Translations under genes and position numbers: made by a program
Virus record (IMG/VR): IMGVR_UViG_3300038393_001497
Coordinates: 1 to 28,550 of that record
Length of the DNA stretch: 28,550 bases
Direction: 5' to 3' (one strand)
Source of the DNA: a virus
Taxonomy: Duplodnaviria > Caudoviricetes
Shown here: in pieces, positions 23,096-28,550 of the stretch
How the letters are laid out: every line of letters starts with the position of its first letter
Numbering within the stretch: the first letter of the stretch is position 1
Notes under the pieces: model-generated
The model's database searches: none
Told to the model about the DNA's origin: nothing
The model's input: the letters and a program-made list of their open reading frames with translations, nothing else

Positions 23096-23273
23096 CCGCC
23101 TGGCCAAGAGCGAAGCGCCGCAAAAGTTATCCGCGCAGCAATGGTGCGACCGCGGCAACGCCGTTCTCGCTGGCACTGAGGCGACGACCAAGGGCGAATA
23201 TTTGCCGCCACGAAATGACGTTCACTGGTTCGTTGAAAACGGTCGCCCGACGATTGGCTGGCGGCGCCGATGA
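23085..23273 (+). CDS. Hypothetical protein
   Basis: GGAGG RBS; coupled to replication gene. Confidence 0.5.
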   Translation: MTTNRLAKSEAPQKLSAQQWCDRGNAVLAGTEATTKGEYLPPRNDVHWFVENGRPTIGWRRR

Positions 23274-23409
23274 AACCCCGCACCACCGCTCTCATCAGCT
23301 CGTTCGGATCAATCGCGGCAATAGCCTTTGCCGGCTGTCTGTTCATGATTGGGGTTGCGAATGTGATCGAGGGGATCGGCTGCTGTCGGCAATCGGAGAG
23401 GGAGGGATC

Positions 23410-23901
23410 ATGCTGATGGCGGCGCCGCGTAGCATCACGGAGGTTCGCAAGGTCGCGAACGCTCCGCTCAGCACCATCGAAAGCATCGCCCTTGAGTGCA
23501 TCCGGCAGATCGCGAGCGAAGGACGCCGCGCGACGAAGGCGGAAATCTGCGCTGCCATTGGCTCGGACAATTACGAGGGCGGGACCGTTTCCGGTGTTAT
23601 CGGCCGCCTTGAATCCAAGGGATATATCCAGCGCGAGACCTACCAGCGCGGGATGAAGCTCTGCATCGTCGCCACCGGTCAATGCACCGCGCCGCCGCGG
23701 GATACATCACCCCACTGGCGGCTGAGAACCGAAAGCGTTCCCACTCCTGCGATTCAAGCCGTGCGGGAAAGGAATAAACCCGTTTCAGCGATGATCGAAG
23801 CCGAGGCCCGTCAGCTGGGAAAGCATCAGGCCGATTTCCTCGCCGACCTCGTTTACATCGGCTGGCACGAATACCAGGCTGAGAAGGAAACCGGACAATG
23901 A
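23410..23901 (+). CDS. Winged-HTH hypothetical protein
   Basis: GGAGG RBS; ATKAEICAAIG..VIGRLESKGYIQR. Confidence 0.6.
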   Translation: MLMAAPRSITEVRKVANAPLSTIESIALECIRQIASEGRRATKAEICAAIGSDNYEGGTVSGVIGRLESKGYIQRETYQRGMKLCIVATGQCTAPPRDTSPHWRLRTESVPTPAIQAVRERNKPVSAMIEAEARQLGKHQADFLADLVYIGWHEYQAEKETGQ

Positions 23902-24083
23902 CAGCAATCGTGATCCTGCTCGCGCTTTCGGCGCTCTACTGCGGCGGCATGTACTTGTTTCGTGTCGCGGCTTTCTACCGCGCGCAGGGCATGGATAGCC
24001 CAGCCAGCTTGGAGAACGACACGTTCCACCTCGGCCTATGCTTCATCCTCAGCATCGGCTTTCTGGGGCTGCTGCTCAAATGA
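23898..24083 (+). CDS. Small two-TM membrane protein
   Basis: Hydrophobic at both ends; ATGA coupling. Confidence 0.55.
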   Translation: MTAIVILLALSALYCGGMYLFRVAAFYRAQGMDSPASLENDTFHLGLCFILSIGFLGLLLK

Positions 24084-24155
24084 TCGCAGCCTTCCTCTGC
24101 CTCGTCGCGGGCTATGTGGTAAAACGCCACAGCGAAAGCTGGAGGGTGTGCCGGC

Positions 24156-24653
24156 GTGGCTAGCATCTACGGTCTTATCGACGATAACGGGAACCTTCGC
24201 TACATTGGCAAGGCGAACGATCCGGTTGGACGCCTCAAAGGCCATATGCGCGCCACGCGCCGTCGCCGCACACCGCTTTATGACTGGCTGCGGGGCAAAC
24301 CAGCGCCAGAAATGATCGTCCTCGAAAGTGGTTGCCACGATTGGGAGGTAAGCGAACGCGAGTGGATTGCGGCAGCGCGAACCGCGAATGTGCCGCTGCT
24401 CAATGTGGCGGACGGTGGCGATCAGCCGAGCTGTCCTAACGACGTTTGTGCGGCGAATGGCAGAAAAAACGGTGCTGCAGTTGCGGCCGATCCGCGCAGG
24501 AAGGCAATTCGCGATGCCAAAGCAGCGGCCGTGCGAACCCTTAGGGCATTTGAGCGCGAAGGAAGGATTGCAGCTGTCGCGCGACTCCGCACCATGATAC
24601 AAAGAAGGGCATTAGAGCGACCCGATTTGTTTGGAGATTGGGCGCATGTCTAA
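24156..24653 (+). CDS. GIY-YIG-like endonuclease
   Basis: IYGLID..LRYIGKA..R..H..SEREWI..LLN..GG. Confidence 0.75.
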   Translation: MASIYGLIDDNGNLRYIGKANDPVGRLKGHMRATRRRRTPLYDWLRGKPAPEMIVLESGCHDWEVSEREWIAAARTANVPLLNVADGGDQPSCPNDVCAANGRKNGAAVAADPRRKAIRDAKAAAVRTLRAFEREGRIAAVARLRTMIQRRALERPDLFGDWAHV

Positions 24654-25086
24654 GGTTGGCCGTCCCTCATCCTATGATCCAAAAATCGCTGCGAAGATAT
24701 GTGAACGATTGGCGCGCGACGAAAGTTTGGCGTCAATTTGTGCCGACGAGGGGATGCCGAGCACGACAACAGTGTTTCGCTGGCGGGAAGCGAACGACGA
24801 GTTTCGTGCCGACTATGCGCGCGCGCGTGTGGAGCAGGGGCATGCAGCAGCCGACACTGTGGGAGATATTCGCCGCAAGATCATGGCGGGCGAGATTGAC
24901 TGGCAGATCGGTAAGGCTGCTGCTGATTTAGCGAAGTGGGAAGCGAGCAAACGGGCGGCTCGCGACTTCGGAGACAAAATTGACGTGACCAGCGACGGCG
25001 AAAAGCTGCCTGTCGATGACGTAACCCGCGCAACGCGCCTCGCAGCTATCCTGGCCGAAATCGAAAAGCGGAATGCTGCCGACTGA
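24646..25086 (+). CDS. terS: Terminase small subunit (Sf6/P22-like)
   Basis: GRPSSYDP.IAAKICERLA..ESLASIC..MPS.TTVFRW..F..YARAR. Confidence 0.85.
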   Translation: MSKVGRPSSYDPKIAAKICERLARDESLASICADEGMPSTTTVFRWREANDEFRADYARARVEQGHAAADTVGDIRRKIMAGEIDWQIGKAAADLAKWEASKRAARDFGDKIDVTSDGEKLPVDDVTRATRLAAILAEIEKRNAAD

Positions 25087-26704
25087 TCCTGCCCTGATCG
25101 ACGCGTATCTTCAGCGGGCTACTCCTGAAGAGCGCGACGAGATCATGGCGCTGCTCGAAGCCGACATGGAAGCTCGAGTGTGGCGGGCGCAGGTAGGGCG
25201 ACAATCTGAAGCGGCTGACAGCGAGGCTGACATTACCGGCTACGGCGGCGCTGCCGGGGGTGGAAAGACCGACCTCATCGCCGGATTGGCCCTGACCGAG
25301 CATCAGCGGAGCGCGATCTTCAGGAGGGAAAAGGCGCAGACCGAAGGCATCGTTCAGCGCATTACGGAAATCCTTGGCTCGTCTGACGGCTACAACAGCC
25401 AGAAGTCCATATGGCGAACGACTGTCGCCAATGTGCCGCGGCTGATCGAGCTAGGCGGCCTCGACAATCCCGACGACCATCTGAGGTGGCAGGGGCGTCC
25501 GCACGACCTGAAGGCAATCGACGAAGCGACGGAATGCCGCGAGCAGCAGGTTCGGTTCGTCCTAGGATGGAACCGCACGAGCGATCCCAAGCAGCGGACA
25601 CGCGGACTGCTGACCTTCAACCCGCCGACGACGATTGAAGGCCGGTGGGTGATCGACTTCTTCGCGCCGTGGCTGAGCGATCGCTTTCCCAATCCAGCCA
25701 AGCCGGGAGAATTGCGATGGGTGACGACGCTCGGCGGAAAGGATGTTTGGGTCGATGGGCCAGAGCCGTTCGTGATCTTCAAGGGCGAGCCGCTGTATGA
25801 CTTCGATCAGGCGGACTTTGGACCGGAGAAGATCATCAGGCCCAAGAGCCGCACGTTCATTCCATCGCGGGTGACGGATAACTACTTCTACGTCCGCACC
25901 GGTTACATTCAGACGCTCCAAGCGCTGCCTGAGCCGTTGCGTTCGCAAATGCTGTCGGGCGACTTCACGGCCGGCGTGGAAGATGACGAGTGGCAGGTGA
26001 TCCCGACGGCATGGATCGACGCGGCGATGGCTCGCTGGCAGCCGAAAGACGCCAAGGGCGAGATGGACACGATTGGCTGCGACCCGGCGATGGGCGGCAA
26101 GGACAAGTTCGTCATGGCGCCGCGACACGGCACATGGTTCGATCATCTGATTAGCGTGCCGGGCGAGCAAGTGCCCGATGGCCAAACCGGAGCTGCTGTC
26201 GTCATCAAGCACCGCCGCGACAGGGCTGTGGTCAACATCGACGTGATCGGTTGGGGATCGTCGACCCTCAACATGCTTCAGGAGAACGAGGTTCAGTGTC
26301 ACGCCGTCAATGGCGCTGCAAAGTCGCTCGAGATCAGCAAGACAGGCAATCTCAAGTTCGCCAATTACCGCAGCGAGATCGTGTGGCGAATGCGCGAAGG
26401 GCTTGACCCGACGAATCCTGACCCGTGGGCGCTTCCTCCCGACCCAGAACTGAAAGCCGATCTTGCGGCGTATAAGTGGAAAATGACCGCTTCCGGCGTC
26501 CAGGTTCGCTCGAAGGACGAGATGAAGCAGGAGCTTGGGCGGTCGCCGGACAAGGGCGATGCGGAGATCATGGCCGCGATCCCGACAATGAAGATCGCTG
26601 CCTTCGAGGAACTGAAGGCTCAGACGCGCGGCGGCTACGACCGCTACGCCGAGCTACGCACCTATGAACCGATGACGAAGGGATATGACCGCTATGCCGA
26701 GTGA
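25073..26704 (+). CDS. terL: Terminase large subunit
   Basis: Walker A YGGAAGGGKT, Walker B AIDEA, LTFNP, nuclease IGCDPA..G.D, RSPDKGDA. Confidence 0.93.
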   Translation: MLPTDPALIDAYLQRATPEERDEIMALLEADMEARVWRAQVGRQSEAADSEADITGYGGAAGGGKTDLIAGLALTEHQRSAIFRREKAQTEGIVQRITEILGSSDGYNSQKSIWRTTVANVPRLIELGGLDNPDDHLRWQGRPHDLKAIDEATECREQQVRFVLGWNRTSDPKQRTRGLLTFNPPTTIEGRWVIDFFAPWLSDRFPNPAKPGELRWVTTLGGKDVWVDGPEPFVIFKGEPLYDFDQADFGPEKIIRPKSRTFIPSRVTDNYFYVRTGYIQTLQALPEPLRSQMLSGDFTAGVEDDEWQVIPTAWIDAAMARWQPKDAKGEMDTIGCDPAMGGKDKFVMAPRHGTWFDHLISVPGEQVPDGQTGAAVVIKHRRDRAVVNIDVIGWGSSTLNMLQENEVQCHAVNGAAKSLEISKTGNLKFANYRSEIVWRMREGLDPTNPDPWALPPDPELKADLAAYKWKMTASGVQVRSKDEMKQELGRSPDKGDAEIMAAIPTMKIAAFEELKAQTRGGYDRYAELRTYEPMTKGYDRYAE

Positions 26705-26990
26705 TCCGGTGCAGGATCGGGCCAAGGAGCTAACGGACAGCTACTCCCAGATGCTCGACAAGTTCGTGAACGACCTCATTCCGCCGACGCTTGAGAACGC
26801 CGAGTTCGCCGCCCGCTGCTCGGCCCTGCTGATTGCGCTCAACCGCCAGCTTGCGCGGTGTGCCGCGTCGTTCTCCGGCGTTCATCATGTCGAGCCCGAC
26901 GAGATGGTGAACCTCGTGTTCGGCCAGTTCCACCGCAATTTCAGGATCAGCCTCAGCGCGCTGGAAGGCGCGGGCGAGCCGGTGCAATGA
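26685..26990 (+). CDS. Hypothetical protein
   Basis: Overlaps terL stop. Confidence 0.55.
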   Translation: MTAMPSDPVQDRAKELTDSYSQMLDKFVNDLIPPTLENAEFAARCSALLIALNRQLARCAASFSGVHHVEPDEMVNLVFGQFHRNFRISLSALEGAGEPVQ

Positions 26991-27232
26991 ACGTTAGCTA
27001 CCAGGTCCGCCGCGCTGTCCCCGCCTCAACCCGTCCCGGTGGGCCGGAGGACAGGCATGTCGCGCTCGTCCTGTTCCAGCTGCCGGGTGAGCCTGTTGGA
27101 CGCTCCTTGGCGATCAGCGAGGAGATGATCCGCGCCGAATGCGGTGGCGATCCCAAGCGCGAGGATGAACTGATCCTGCGCGAGCTCAGCAACGTGCTCA
27201 GCCAAATGACCGCTGGAACGAGCATAGACTAG
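26987..27232 (+). CDS. Hypothetical protein
   Basis: ATGA coupling, MNVSYQVRR. Confidence 0.55.
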   Translation: MNVSYQVRRAVPASTRPGGPEDRHVALVLFQLPGEPVGRSLAISEEMIRAECGGDPKREDELILRELSNVLSQMTAGTSID

Positions 27233-27273
27233 CCGCGATTCAACCTCACCCGGGACGCGCATAGCCAAGGCGC

Positions 27274-27471
27274 ATGTGCTACGGCCAATCGGCGCAACAG
27301 ACCGCGAGAGCAGACCGGATTAGCGGCGTCATGGCCGCAGTCCTTGGCAATCAGCAGCTCGGGGCGAAGTTGATCTCTCGCGGCGTCGGTCGCCCGCTGC
27401 CTTCCATGATTGAACCGGCGCAATCGTCGGTCGCGTATCAGCCGCGCCGCATGTTCTCGGCGGCGAGGTAG
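27274..27471 (+). CDS. Small Met-Cys protein 1 (putative virion protein)
   Basis: MCYGQSAQQ. Confidence 0.5.
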   Translation: MCYGQSAQQTARADRISGVMAAVLGNQQLGAKLISRGVGRPLPSMIEPAQSSVAYQPRRMFSAAR

Positions 27472-27475
27472 CGCC

Positions 27476-27643
27476 ATGTGCATCGTCCCCGCGCTCATCG
27501 GCAAGGCTATCGGCGGCAGGACCGGAGGGATCATCGGCGCTGGTCTCGGCGGTGGAATCCCCGGCGCTCTCGTGGCCTCGCAGGTGTTCAACAAGAAGAA
27601 GCCCACAGCAACGACGGGTGCAGTCAACCCGTACGGAGCGTGA
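27476..27643 (+). CDS. Small Met-Cys protein 2, glycine-zipper hydrophobic
   Basis: MCIVPALIGKAIGGRTGGIIGAGLGGGIPGALVA. Confidence 0.55.
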   Translation: MCIVPALIGKAIGGRTGGIIGAGLGGGIPGALVASQVFNKKKPTATTGAVNPYGA

Positions 27644-27645
27644 CC

Positions 27646-27876
27646 ATGTGCCTCGCGGGCCTCCCGATGAGCCAGCAGGCGGTCACTCCGCAGCAAAAGC
27701 AGGTGCGCGGCTTCCAGCTTCTCGCCAACATCATCAGCTCGGGACAGGGTAATCCAGCAGCCAAGGCCAACCTCGCGCAGTTCAGGGCCGACTTCCAGGC
27801 GCGGCATGGAGGGATGACTGCCGCACAGCTGAACGCATCGCGGACGGGTGGCCCTGCATCGGTAACGGGAGCCTAG
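27646..27876 (+). CDS. Small Met-Cys protein 3
   Basis: MCLAGLPMSQQ; GGAG RBS. Confidence 0.55.
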   Translation: MCLAGLPMSQQAVTPQQKQVRGFQLLANIISSGQGNPAAKANLAQFRADFQARHGGMTAAQLNASRTGGPASVTGA

Positions 27877-27880
27877 AACC

Positions 27881-28099
27881 ATGTGCTTCTTCAGTGTCGC
27901 CGCACCCAAGATCGCGCCTCCTCCGCCACCGGCGCAGTTGCAGACGGTCCAGAACCCCAAGGATTTGATGCAGGACCCGCGTGACGGCTCGTCGAAGATC
28001 AGGCGCAGGGGATTGTGGGCGAGCGTGTTCACCGGGCCTTCGGGTCTGATGTCGGCTCCATCGGTTACCGGCTCGGGCGGCGGGATCACGGGTGGCTGA
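27881..28099 (+). CDS. Small Met-Cys protein 4 (T7 gp6.7/7.3-like position before portal)
   Basis: MCFFSVAAPKIAPPPPP..RRRG..SVFTGPSGL. Confidence 0.65.
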   Translation: MCFFSVAAPKIAPPPPPAQLQTVQNPKDLMQDPRDGSSKIRRRGLWASVFTGPSGLMSAPSVTGSGGGITGG

Positions 28100-28550
28100 C
28101 CTCACGCTCAAGGAACGCGCGCGACGGAGGCTGGAGGGGCTTAAGCAAAACCGCCAGTCATTCGAGCAGGATTGGAAGGAGATCGCGTCCTACGCTCTCC
28201 CGGCCCGCTCGAGGTTCCTAGCCAACGACACGAACAAGGGCAGGCAGCGCAACCGCAAGCTCAACAACAGTCACGGCATATTCGCATTCAGGACCCTTCA
28301 GGGCGGGATGACCTCGGGCCTGTCGTCGCAATCGCGACCTTGGTTCCAGCTGACGACTTATGATCCGGGCCTCGCTGAAGATGCGAGCGTGAAGGCGTGG
28401 CTCGGAGTGGTTCAGGAGCGGATCGAATCCTTCATCGCGCACACGAACTTCTACGGCGCGGCCAAGACCGGCTATCTCGAAATGGGCGCGTTCGGGACCG
28501 AAGCCTGCGTGATGCTCGACCATCCGCAGGAAGGGGCGGTGTGTCATGCC
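28092..28550 (+). CDS. Portal / head-to-tail connecting protein (podovirus type), 3' truncated
   Basis: MADLTLKERARRRLEGLKQNRQSFEQDWKEIASYALPARSRF..GMTSGLSSQSRPWFQL..WL..V..NFY..FGT. Confidence 0.85.
   Translation, partial: MADLTLKERARRRLEGLKQNRQSFEQDWKEIASYALPARSRFLANDTNKGRQRNRKLNNSHGIFAFRTLQGGMTSGLSSQSRPWFQLTTYDPGLAEDASVKAWLGVVQERIESFIAHTNFYGAAKTGYLEMGAFGTEACVMLDHPQEGAVCHA

Noticed and set aside
27229-28547. Long minus-strand ORFs opposite the late genes (also 18403-19230, 25562-26302)
   Set aside because: GC-rich antisense shadows of well-supported plus-strand genes.

Overview
The window is about 28.5 kb of a GC-rich temperate phage, probably infecting an alphaproteobacterium (Sphingomonadaceae-like; inferred, not shown). 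It has lambdoid early-gene organisation and a podovirus-type head-tail connector. Left to right: end of the tail module (SGNH-type tail protein, LamG-like protein), an antisense secreted SGNH 'moron', a GH108 lysis cassette with spanins, a leftward accessory operon, an intact attP (3' half of tRNA-Pro(CGG)), int/xis, NinB/DUF968/SSB-like/ERF recombination genes, a cI-cro switch with TTAGCA-N4-TGCTAA operators, a cytosine methylase, RusA-like, HNH and replication genes, terminase subunits, four Met-Cys micro-ORFs and the start of the portal. Two things stand out. (1) A complete 2.66-kb IS1595-family element (25-bp TIRs, 8-bp TSD) carries an atypical tRNA gene with a Thr(GGT) anticodon on a tRNA-His-like G-1:C73 acceptor stem. 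(2) Six dispersed ~75-95-nt repeats in both orientations share a covarying multi-branched fold with GNA-triloop mini-hairpins, sit in or at the junctions of small accessory ORFs, and are read through in frame. They are a candidate undescribed structured ssDNA/RNA element, possibly a cassette-recombination site.
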